From Marinicella sp. (GTDB lineage: Bacteria; Pseudomonadota; Gammaproteobacteria; Xanthomonadales; Marinicellaceae), in NCBI GenBank assembly GCA_965230295.1, contig OZ246001.1:3168001-3232000 (forward strand): 64,000 nt of DNA, written 5' to 3'. A program made the position numbers and the translations under genes. Shown piece after piece: positions 28,482-37,395 of this stretch; within the stretch, counting starts at the first letter, position 1, and each line of letters starts with the position of its first letter. The notes under the pieces are model-generated. The model was not told the DNA's origin. It searched no databases and saw nothing but the letters and a program-made list of their open reading frames with translations.

Positions 28482-29954
28482 ATGTATTTAATGAGTTTGT
28501 TTTACAAAAGTAATTCTAATGCATTGAAAACATATGATTTCAATTTTTACACAGACAGGATCCACAGTAATAAAGTTGAACCGATTTGTTTAGTTGGGCT
28601 TAACGGATCGGGTAAATCAAAGTTAATTGAAATTATCGCTGAAATATTTTTTGTATTGGATGCCAATCGTCAAATGAAACATTCAACGGCTGACCAAAAG
28701 GCTTGTAAATCTGACTTTCGTATGACTTATCAGATTGGAATTATACCAAAAGAAAAAATAGTGAAAATTAAAGGTAGGTTTAGACAAACGCCAGAAGTAA
28801 CTGTTAATGACGAGCTACTCTCAGTCGAACACTACGGAGATATTCTTCCTAAACATATTGTTGGGTACTCTTCTGGGCATAATGAAACAATCAGTCCAAA
28901 ATTTTTCACCCTTAGGAAAAATGACTTAGCTAGAATGCGTAAGTCTATCGAAGACGATAAGTCAGAAAATCTTGATTTAACGAGAACACTTTTTCTTGAT
29001 AGAAACACCAGTATTTTGTTGTTAATAACAATATTTGTTTTTAATCAGGTTAAAGGAAAGTTAAACCCTTTTATCAAAAAAATTAACAAGCATCTTAAAT
29101 TAGATTCAATTTCAACCTTCCAAATATTAATCACAAATCTAAAAGGTACTATTCGTTTCTCCAGAAAAATGGAAGAAATAATCCTTAAACTAGAAAAGTG
29201 TTCATTATTAGATGAAACATCTATTGAAGATAATAATCGCAGTTATAGGTTTGAATTTTTTTTAAATGATGTATCAAGAAAGGCCTTTGTTGACCAATTC
29301 AAAACCCCTCAGGATCTTTTTAATGATTTATATGGACTACATAGCTTGAATCTTTTAGACGACTCTCAGAAGAATAGTATATTTAGAATTTCTGAAGAAG
29401 AAATTAAAGTGACTCTAAGTGAGCCACAGGTAGAGGCCACTTATAAAGATATGAGTGATGGTGAACATCAATTTATTCAAATTTTTGGCTCATCGTACAT
29501 CTTTGCCAATGACAATTCAATTTTTCTGTTTGATGAGCCAGAGAGTCATTTTAACCCAGTCTGGCGTGCTAAGTTTGTAAATATACTGAACGAGATTCTT
29601 GAAGACGATCTTAATGCGGCGGAATTTTTATTATCAACCCACTCGCCATATATTGTTTCTGCTTGTAAGAGAGAGAATGTATTTAAATTTAACAGAACTC
29701 AAGATGGGATTATTCATGAGTTTTTAGAAGATCAAACTTTTGGAGCATCATTTGATGTGTTGCTTGAAATGTTGTTTGATATGAAAGGACTTGTTTCGGA
29801 ATTGGCTAAAAGGAAAATGAAGGAGTTGGTAAGATCTGAAATACCAAGGGAGAAAAAAATAGAAAAATTAGAAAATGAATTCGGAGATTCATATGAGAAA
29901 AGACTGTTAATAAACATGTTAAACAAAGGATTGCTAGATGCTGTTTCCAGTTGA
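28482..29954 (+). CDS. Restriction system-associated ABC/AAA ATPase (PtuA-like)
   Basis: Walker A GLNGSGKS, signature MSDGEHQ, Walker B FLFDEPESHFNP, H-loop STHSPY; ATG at 28482 (track uses TTG at 28467). Confidence 0.9.
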   Translation: MYLMSLFYKSNSNALKTYDFNFYTDRIHSNKVEPICLVGLNGSGKSKLIEIIAEIFFVLDANRQMKHSTADQKACKSDFRMTYQIGIIPKEKIVKIKGRFRQTPEVTVNDELLSVEHYGDILPKHIVGYSSGHNETISPKFFTLRKNDLARMRKSIEDDKSENLDLTRTLFLDRNTSILLLITIFVFNQVKGKLNPFIKKINKHLKLDSISTFQILITNLKGTIRFSRKMEEIILKLEKCSLLDETSIEDNNRSYRFEFFLNDVSRKAFVDQFKTPQDLFNDLYGLHSLNLLDDSQKNSIFRISEEEIKVTLSEPQVEATYKDMSDGEHQFIQIFGSSYIFANDNSIFLFDEPESHFNPVWRAKFVNILNEILEDDLNAAEFLLSTHSPYIVSACKRENVFKFNRTQDGIIHEFLEDQTFGASFDVLLEMLFDMKGLVSELAKRKMKELVRSEIPREKKIEKLENEFGDSYEKRLLINMLNKGLLDAVSS

Positions 29955-31056
29955 AAAAGTTGATACAAACCTATCATATTTAAATGAAGTTCTTAAAAAT
30001 TTTATTTTGGCATCAATCAATGAGAACAGATATTACAAGAAAAAATTATTCCCGAAAGAGTTTTTAGTCGTACATGATAATAAGAGCAATGTAGTTGATA
30101 AAAAGTTTAAACAAGCTTTTTATTCCATAAAAAATCTAGATGGTCCAGAAAAACGAAGATTGAGAAGAATGTATTTTAATCAGCAAAGAGTAAAACGGCT
30201 GTGTAACTCATTAACTATTCCTATCATCTCTTTGGACAGCTTCCCCCCAAAGTTAATTGAATCATTGAAACAGTTAGGAGAGTATTTGTATTCGAGTGTA
30301 TTGAATCAAAAAGCATTCACAAATCTAGCAAATGTACAAGAAACATTAAGTGGACATTGGTCAAGATTCAAATTTGTCAATGGGAATGTGTGTTGCTTTT
30401 GTGGAATTAATGATTATGAAGAGCAATTAGCTAATGTACCAAACCAAAATCAATGGAAACCAGCATATGACCATTATTTGCCTAAATCGAAATACCCTTT
30501 TGCGGCAGTTTGTTTTGATAATCTCATTCCAGTATGTTTTCAATGTAATAGTAAGGCTAAACGAAGTTTAGACCCATGTTTTTGTAAAGATAAATTGCGA
30601 CATAAATCATTCTATCCCTACAGCAATTATAGAGATAAAAGATTGAAATTAAAGGCAAATATATCGGAAGTGGATTCTGAAAGCACTGTTTTTCTGGATG
30701 ATTTTTGGTCGGTTTATTTGTTTGATGAGCAAAGTTCACAATTAATTTCTTGGGATCGATTATTTGATGTAAAAAGAAGAGTAAAAGAGAGAGTTAATAG
30801 GAAATATTTATTATGGTTGGAAGAAATAATAGATAGTGGTTTTGAAACAATAACGAAATTAAAGGCAACCTTAAAAAGTAAATCAGTTTTCTTCGAAAAC
30901 AAAATAAGAGAACAAAGGGGCGCTTATCATAAAGCCATGTTATTCCAGGAATTGGAAGCATTATCAGATGAAATGTTACTTTCAATTACCAATTCAATAA
31001 GAAAGTTACCATCTGATGAAATTGAACTGATGAATCAATTTCAAGAGAGATTTTAG
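29938..31056 (+). CDS. HNH endonuclease (PtuB-like)
   Basis: CCFC...YDHYLPKSKYP...NLIPVCFQCN; overlaps the ATPase stop. Confidence 0.88.
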   Translation: MLFPVEKVDTNLSYLNEVLKNFILASINENRYYKKKLFPKEFLVVHDNKSNVVDKKFKQAFYSIKNLDGPEKRRLRRMYFNQQRVKRLCNSLTIPIISLDSFPPKLIESLKQLGEYLYSSVLNQKAFTNLANVQETLSGHWSRFKFVNGNVCCFCGINDYEEQLANVPNQNQWKPAYDHYLPKSKYPFAAVCFDNLIPVCFQCNSKAKRSLDPCFCKDKLRHKSFYPYSNYRDKRLKLKANISEVDSESTVFLDDFWSVYLFDEQSSQLISWDRLFDVKRRVKERVNRKYLLWLEEIIDSGFETITKLKATLKSKSVFFENKIREQRGAYHKAMLFQELEALSDEMLLSITNSIRKLPSDEIELMNQFQERF

Positions 31057-31083
31057 TGTGGCGAAATGCTTCAACAACTTTAA

Positions 31084-32445
31084 TTGAGTAAATATATGGA
31101 ATTCATAGCAAATGCACTAAACGGAAATTTTTTAACCAATATACTTCCTACTGATGAAGATGAGGTCGAAGGGGTATTGGCTGCAATAGCTTATGGAGAT
31201 GATAAGCTCAACGATAATGATAGTTTACTGGGAAACTGTATATCAAATGGATTTAAGTTGGATATATGGATGAGGTATGACCACACTGTTCCAGTTAGTG
31301 TTAATCTATTGAAGAAACTACTGAGGTCTCATTCTAAAAATATTTATTGCAAATTGATACCCGATTGCTTGCACAGCAAACTCATTTGGTGGAAGGGGTA
31401 TGGAGCCTATATTGGTTCTGCAAATTTAACTCGAAGGGCTTGGTTTAATAATATTGAGACTGGATTGTTTTTGACAAACGAAGAGCTGATTGACAACTCT
31501 CTGGATATTCAATTCGAAGACTTTTTCGAAAATTTAGAAAACACCAAGCAAGCGTTTCCTCTTACCCAAGAAATCATTAATGAAATGCAAGAATTGCATA
31601 AGATAAGAGGCAATCGAGATCAAATAGGAAAAGATAAGCGTTCAAGCCCTTATTGGGGTGGACCTACTAACCTCGATAAGAAAAGTACCGCTGATAGAAG
31701 AAAAGCGAACTTCAAAAAAGAGTGGCTTGAAACATTAAGTTATCTTCGAGACATTGGAAACCAATTGAATGACTATCGACCCAGCTGGGTTAATGAAGAC
31801 ATTCCAGATGGATGGCATGCTGACCAGTTCCTTCATGCATATTATTATAATAAAGTCAGTGATGGTAGGCAGAGGCCTTACTGGAACTTTCATGAAAAGA
31901 ATAAAAGTAATCCACAGGCTGCACTTGTTGAGGCAATGAGGTGGTGGCAGAACGAACCAACACCACCCTCACATGAAGACAAAACATTGTACCAAAGTGC
32001 TCCATTTATTCAGAGCGTACTGAGCAGAGAAAACATATCTAAGTTAACACTCGATCAATTTATAGAAGTTTGTGGATATACTCATGCCACAGAAGACCAC
32101 ATAATTAAATTTCCATTGGAACTATTAGGAAAAGGAGAAATAAAGTCCATGTCACAAGAAAAGAGGATCCCAGTTGTTTCAGAATGGATTTGGAATCAAA
32201 GAAATGAAAAAGGGTGGAATGTGGCTCAACTTTTGAGCTATGTTTTATATGGAGGAAAAGATACCGACTTATGGGAGCGGCTTTACAACAGTGGTCGTGA
32301 ACCTGAATACAGAATTAAACGTTATGGATTGAACTCAATTGCTGAAGTTATTGGCTGGGCAAGACCTGACATAAGTCCTCCAAGAAATGGAAGGACGAGT
32401 AAGGGGTTAAGAGCACTGGGTTACAGTGTGGAAATATACACATGA
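31084..32445 (+). CDS. Phospholipase D-family nuclease with C-terminal helical domain
   Basis: Single HxK motif LHSKLIWWKGYGAYIGSANLT...NIETG; alternative start ATG at 31096. Confidence 0.8.
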   Translation: MSKYMEFIANALNGNFLTNILPTDEDEVEGVLAAIAYGDDKLNDNDSLLGNCISNGFKLDIWMRYDHTVPVSVNLLKKLLRSHSKNIYCKLIPDCLHSKLIWWKGYGAYIGSANLTRRAWFNNIETGLFLTNEELIDNSLDIQFEDFFENLENTKQAFPLTQEIINEMQELHKIRGNRDQIGKDKRSSPYWGGPTNLDKKSTADRRKANFKKEWLETLSYLRDIGNQLNDYRPSWVNEDIPDGWHADQFLHAYYYNKVSDGRQRPYWNFHEKNKSNPQAALVEAMRWWQNEPTPPSHEDKTLYQSAPFIQSVLSRENISKLTLDQFIEVCGYTHATEDHIIKFPLELLGKGEIKSMSQEKRIPVVSEWIWNQRNEKGWNVAQLLSYVLYGGKDTDLWERLYNSGREPEYRIKRYGLNSIAEVIGWARPDISPPRNGRTSKGLRALGYSVEIYT

Positions 32446-32472
32446 AACCCCAAACCATTCAATAATCAGTCA

Positions 32473-33717
32473 ATGACAGATAAATCAAACCATCAATCAC
32501 CAGCTCTTTTGAAAGGTATCAAAGTCTTGGATTTGAGTCGTATTTTGGCTGGGCCTTGGGCCAGTCAGGCTTTGGCTGATTTTGGGGCGACGGTTTGGAA
32601 GATCGAGAAACCGGGTGTGGGTGATGATACACGTCATTGGGGGCCGCCTTATTTGGCTGGTGGTTCGGTTGATGAATCGTTGTCGGCTTATTTTCTTGCG
32701 GCCAATCGTGGTAAGCATTCTGTTTGTATTGATTTCACTCAAGAAGAGGGGCAGCGTTTGATCATTGAGTTGGCTCGTAAGGCTGATGTGTTGATTGAAA
32801 ATTTTAAGGTGAGTGGTCTTGAGAAGTATGGGCTGGATTATGAAAGTTTAGCTCAGATTAATCCTGGTTTGATTTATTGTTCGATCACAGGTTTTGGGCA
32901 AACTGGACCCAAAGCCCATGAGGCGGGTTATGATGCGATGATTCAGGCCTGTGGTGGTTTGATGAGTGTTACTGGAGAACCTGCGGAGGTGGGTGGTCAG
33001 GCGCAGAAAGTGGGTGTGGCGGTTACGGATCTGATGACCGGCATGTATGCCACCTCGGGAATTCTGGCAGCGTTGAATCATCGGCATGTGAATGGTGAAG
33101 GACAGCACATTGATCTGTCGTTATTGGACACACAAATCGCCATGCTGGCCAATCAGGGTATGAATTATCTGGTCAGTGGGAATATTCCTCAGCGTCATGG
33201 CAATGGTCATCCCAATATTGTGCCTTATCAAGCCTTCAGTTGTGATGATGGAGAGGTTTTGTTGGCGGTGGGGAATGATGATCAGTTCAGGAGGGCTTGT
33301 TTTGTTTTAGGACTTGATGATTTGGTTGAAGACGATCGATTTGTCACCAACAGTGATCGGGTGACTAATAGAAATCAATTGATACCTTTATTGGCTAAGG
33401 TGTTTTTGTCGCAAAGTTGTCAGCATTGGCTGACTTTGTTACAAGAGGCTGGTGTGCCTTGTGGGCCGGTGAATGACATTGGTCAGGCCATGAATGAGCC
33501 GCAGGTGAAACATCGGGAGATGGTGTTTGATCTGGTCGGTGATGATGGCCGGAAAATTCCGCAAGTGGCCAATCCGTTGAAGTTTTCTAAGTCGGGTTTG
33601 GCTTATGATTTGCCACCGCCTGTTTTGGGTGGTTCGACCAGGCAAGTGTTGTCCGAGGAGTTGGGGTTGTCTGAGACAGAGATAAGTGAATTGATGGGGA
33701 AGGGGGTGGTTTCTTAG
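32473..33717 (+). CDS. CaiB/BaiF family III CoA-transferase
   Basis: LKGIKVLDLSRILAGP, KIEKPGVGDDTR, ADVLIENF, SITGFGQTGP, GYD. Confidence 0.96.
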   Translation: MTDKSNHQSPALLKGIKVLDLSRILAGPWASQALADFGATVWKIEKPGVGDDTRHWGPPYLAGGSVDESLSAYFLAANRGKHSVCIDFTQEEGQRLIIELARKADVLIENFKVSGLEKYGLDYESLAQINPGLIYCSITGFGQTGPKAHEAGYDAMIQACGGLMSVTGEPAEVGGQAQKVGVAVTDLMTGMYATSGILAALNHRHVNGEGQHIDLSLLDTQIAMLANQGMNYLVSGNIPQRHGNGHPNIVPYQAFSCDDGEVLLAVGNDDQFRRACFVLGLDDLVEDDRFVTNSDRVTNRNQLIPLLAKVFLSQSCQHWLTLLQEAGVPCGPVNDIGQAMNEPQVKHREMVFDLVGDDGRKIPQVANPLKFSKSGLAYDLPPPVLGGSTRQVLSEELGLSETEISELMGKGVVS

Positions 33718-33732
33718 GTTGTCTTTATTATG

Positions 33733-33891
33733 CCGTCATTGTGGCGTCATTGTGGCGTTGGCCGCGACCAAGTGTCTTAATTGTTTAAATTTTAGTAGGT
33801 ATTGGGTTCTAGATAGTACATCAAGATGACGTCGACGCTCTGGAAATGTTTATTAAAAAATGGATCCCCGGGTCAAGCCCGAGGATGACGG
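33733..33891. repeat. CGTC-tagged REP palindrome with a degenerate inverted partner
   Basis: TGGATCCCCGGGTCAAGCCCGAGGATGACGG (33861-33891); CCGTCATTGTGGCG... near 33733; lies between convergent genes. Confidence 0.65.
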
Positions 33892-33949
33892 TATCTGAAA
33901 CTTCTTTTGGTTAAAACTCGTTCATATTTCTAATACGAATCTACAGCAA

Positions 33950-36900
33950 TCAATTCAAGCCTCTACCAGGGGTGTAGGGGGCGCCGGCGGTTTCTAGTTC
34001 GGTTTCGAATGTTTCCAGTTGTTCTATGTAGGCTTTGAGGTCTTCACGGAATTGTTGGAAGTCTTGTTCGGCGCTTTCTATGGCTTTTTGTTGGGTGGCG
34101 GTGGGGGTTTGGGTGGTGCGCCAGTGGCCGTATGTCACGTAGCCGACTCGGGGTCTGATGGCGGCTTTGGTGCTTTCATAGAGGCTTTGGCGTGTTGCAT
34201 CGCCGTTCAGGCGGTGGCGCAAGTCGGTGAGCTGGTCTTGTAGGTCATTCAGATCTGCGAACTGTTTTTCACTGGCTTGTGGCGTTTTAAGTAGGGCGGC
34301 TTTGATGTGTCTTAGGCGGTTGGCCGCTTCCTGTAACTTGTTTCCGGCACTGGAGACCTGGCGAGACAGTTCACTGGTTTTGTGCTGGAAGGTGGTGGTG
34401 GCGACATATTCAGCCTGTGATGTGGATTGGTTCACGGGTTTAACTGTGAATGTTTGTGGTTCACCATAGGTATCCAGTTTACCTTCGTGGGCGATGTGCA
34501 GCGAAACGCGGTAGTTACCAGGTGCCACCATTGGACCTGCCGGATCGGTGACCCAAGGTGGTCTGAAGCCCGGTTTGGTCAGGTTAATCGGATTGGGTGC
34601 TGAGCGTTTTAAATCCCAGCTGGTGCGGTGCAGTCCTTTTTTATTGGCACCTTTGAGCCAGCGTATGGGTTGGCCTTGTTCGTCACTGACCAGCAGCAAG
34701 ACTTGAGGTTGGTCTTCTTTGGCTTCTGCGGCGAGTTGTTCCCATCCGGGGAATGGCACGTTGGCATTTTTCTTGGCCAGAGCTTTCTCCGATTTTTGTC
34801 TTTGTTCTTTGGCCGTTTGTGGCACGTTGTTGAGGTAATAGGTGAACACCGCGCCGAAGGGTGGGTTGTCGCTGGCAAAGCGGGTGGTGCCTTGACCTGG
34901 CATGCCTGCGGCCTGCATGGGCACACTGGGCACATACCACCAAGCATCCCTGACCGGGAAGAGGGCGTTGGTTTTGTCCTCGATGACCTGACCGATCTGT
35001 CTCAGGGGTGAATAATCATCCAATACATAGAAGCCGCGGCCAAAAGTGGCGCCAACCAGGTCATGGTCACGGTGATGGATTTCGATGTCACGGAAGGAGA
35101 TGGTCGGAACACCGGCACCTAATTTGATCCAGTTGTCTCCCTGGTTGGGTGAAAAGTAGATGCCAAATTCGGTGCCGATGAACAGCAGGTTTTCATCAAC
35201 AGGGTCTTGTTTGAGCACCCAAACCAGGGTGTTATCGGGCAGGTCTCCGGCAATGGATTGCCAGCTTTTGCCTCGATCTTTACTGATAAAAATCAGGGGT
35301 CTGAAATCTCCGAATTTATGCGCATCGGCCACCGCGAATACGGTGTTTGTATCATGATGGGAGGCTTCCACGTCATTGATGAAGGAACGGGTTGGGATTT
35401 TGGGTAGCTTACTGGATTTCCAGTTTTGTCCACCGTCCTCGCTGACATGAACCAGTCCATCATCAGAGCCGGTGTACAGCAGGCCTTCGGCCACGGGTGA
35501 TTCATCAATCGCACTCAAGGTGGCGTATTTAGACATGGCGCGGGTGTCGTACAGAGAGTCAACACTCCACACCCGGTTGTCCATCATTTCCAGTTCGTAG
35601 CGGTTGGTGTTGGTGGTCAAATCACCGCTGATGGGGGTCCATGAGTCACCTCGGTCATCACTTTGCCACACCCGCTGGGAGCCAAAATAGATGCGTTTGT
35701 GGTTATGTGGGCTGACTTCAATGGGGCTGTCCCAGTTCCAGCGTTCAGGTGGGTCATTGGGACCTGCCAGTGGCTGAATGAAAATGACTTCTTCCGTGCG
35801 TCGGTCATGTCGGTGCAGGGTGCCTTGTTGAATTTGTTGGTAAGAAATATAAGGGTCTTCGGGATCAAACACGGCATCTGAGCCATCAGCGCCTAAAGGT
35901 ACGTACCAGTCCTGGTTACGCACACCTTCGGTGTTCATGGTTCTTGATGGCCCATGCAGGGTGCCCAAATCCTGGGTGCCACCAATGATGTTATAAAAGG
36001 GTTCGGTGTTGTCCAAATCCAGTTTGTAAAATTGTGATATGGGCAAGTTGGTGAAATGGCGCCAGGTGGTGCCTTCGTCATAACTTTCATACAAGCCGCC
36101 ATCCGTGCCAGAGATCAGGTGCTTGCCATCTTCCGGATCAATCCACAGGGCATGGTTGTCACTGTGTTTTTCCCGTCCTGTGCCCAGGTAATCAAAGGTT
36201 TTTCCGCCATCACGGGTGACGTGGTAGAACACATCCATCTGATAAACCAGATCAGGATTCTGGGCTGAGGCTTCTATTTCCTGATAGTAGTGTGGTCCGG
36301 TCCCGCCGGAGATGTAGCTGTTGCGTTTTTCCCAGCTTTCGCCTTTGTTGGTGGATCGGTAAAAGCCTTTTTCCTTGTTGTTTGCTTCAATGGTGGCATA
36401 AACCAGGTTGGGATTGGCAGGCGTGACAGCCAGTCCGATCTTACCCATGTGGCCTTTGGGCAGGCCGGTTTTGACCTGATACCAATCATCACCGTTGTTG
36501 GTTGATTTATAGATGCCTGAGTTGGGCCCGCCTCCTAAAAAGGACCAGGTGGTTCTGAATCTTTGGTATGCAGCGGCGTAAAGAACATCCGGGTTGGATG
36601 GGTCAAATTCCACATCGGTCACACCGGTGTTTTTGTCGATTTCAAGTTCCAATGTCCAGGAGTTGCCACCGTCAGTGGATTTGTACAAGCCGCGTTCACC
36701 CCCAGCTGACCACAAGGGACCTTCGGCGGCCACAAACACCACATCGCTGTTTCTGGGATCGATCAATATTTTTCCAATGTGTTGGGATTTTTCTAAGCCC
36801 ATTTGTTGCCAGGTTTGGCCACCGTCTTTACTTTTGTATACGCCATCACCCCAGGCCACATGGCGACCACTGACGTTTTCACCCGTACCCACCCAAATCA

Positions 36901-37225
36901 CGTCTGAGTTGTTAGGGTCAATGGTTACCGCGCCTATGGAGTAGGAATTTTGGCTGTCAAAAACAGGTTTCCAAGTGGTGCCCCGGTTGGTGGTTTTCCA
37001 CAGGCCACCAGAGCCAACGGCCACATACCAGGTGCTCTTGTCCGTTGGGCTCACGGCAATGTCCGCAATGCGTCCACCCATGAATGCGGGCCCGATCTCG
37101 CGCAGTTTTAGTCCGGCAACGGCCTTGGAGATGGCTTTGTTGTGTTCTGTTTTGGCAATAAGCTGGGTTGAGGCAATGAATGGAATGGTGATGAATAAGG
37201 TGAGGATAAAACGGTTTTTAAACAT
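33950..37225 (-). CDS. Secreted VPS10/sortilin-like BNR-repeat protein (annotated as glycosyl hydrolase)
   Basis: LREIGPAFMGGRIADIAV, many SxDGGxTW Asp-boxes, C-terminal coiled coil. Confidence 0.92.
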   Translation of the reverse strand: MFKNRFILTLFITIPFIASTQLIAKTEHNKAISKAVAGLKLREIGPAFMGGRIADIAVSPTDKSTWYVAVGSGGLWKTTNRGTTWKPVFDSQNSYSIGAVTIDPNNSDVIWVGTGENVSGRHVAWGDGVYKSKDGGQTWQQMGLEKSQHIGKILIDPRNSDVVFVAAEGPLWSAGGERGLYKSTDGGNSWTLELEIDKNTGVTDVEFDPSNPDVLYAAAYQRFRTTWSFLGGGPNSGIYKSTNNGDDWYQVKTGLPKGHMGKIGLAVTPANPNLVYATIEANNKEKGFYRSTNKGESWEKRNSYISGGTGPHYYQEIEASAQNPDLVYQMDVFYHVTRDGGKTFDYLGTGREKHSDNHALWIDPEDGKHLISGTDGGLYESYDEGTTWRHFTNLPISQFYKLDLDNTEPFYNIIGGTQDLGTLHGPSRTMNTEGVRNQDWYVPLGADGSDAVFDPEDPYISYQQIQQGTLHRHDRRTEEVIFIQPLAGPNDPPERWNWDSPIEVSPHNHKRIYFGSQRVWQSDDRGDSWTPISGDLTTNTNRYELEMMDNRVWSVDSLYDTRAMSKYATLSAIDESPVAEGLLYTGSDDGLVHVSEDGGQNWKSSKLPKIPTRSFINDVEASHHDTNTVFAVADAHKFGDFRPLIFISKDRGKSWQSIAGDLPDNTLVWVLKQDPVDENLLFIGTEFGIYFSPNQGDNWIKLGAGVPTISFRDIEIHHRDHDLVGATFGRGFYVLDDYSPLRQIGQVIEDKTNALFPVRDAWWYVPSVPMQAAGMPGQGTTRFASDNPPFGAVFTYYLNNVPQTAKEQRQKSEKALAKKNANVPFPGWEQLAAEAKEDQPQVLLLVSDEQGQPIRWLKGANKKGLHRTSWDLKRSAPNPINLTKPGFRPPWVTDPAGPMVAPGNYRVSLHIAHEGKLDTYGEPQTFTVKPVNQSTSQAEYVATTTFQHKTSELSRQVSSAGNKLQEAANRLRHIKAALLKTPQASEKQFADLNDLQDQLTDLRHRLNGDATRQSLYESTKAAIRPRVGYVTYGHWRTTQTPTATQQKAIESAEQDFQQFREDLKAYIEQLETFETELETAGAPYTPGRGLN

Positions 37226-37395
37226 AATGATGGCTCTTGATTGGATGATACTTTGATTGAGAACGAAAATATCTAATCATAAATGGCAGGCATAAGCAAA
37301 CCCTAAGAATGCATTGGTGGCGAAGTGATTCATGGTTTTTTGTGGTTTCTTGATGTTAAAATACGCCTTGTATTTTTTCAAACCCATACTTCTAT

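Noticed and set aside
28482-31056. Retron (Ec78-like) assignment for the ATPase+HNH pair
   Set aside because: No reverse transcriptase, and no intergenic room for msr-msd.
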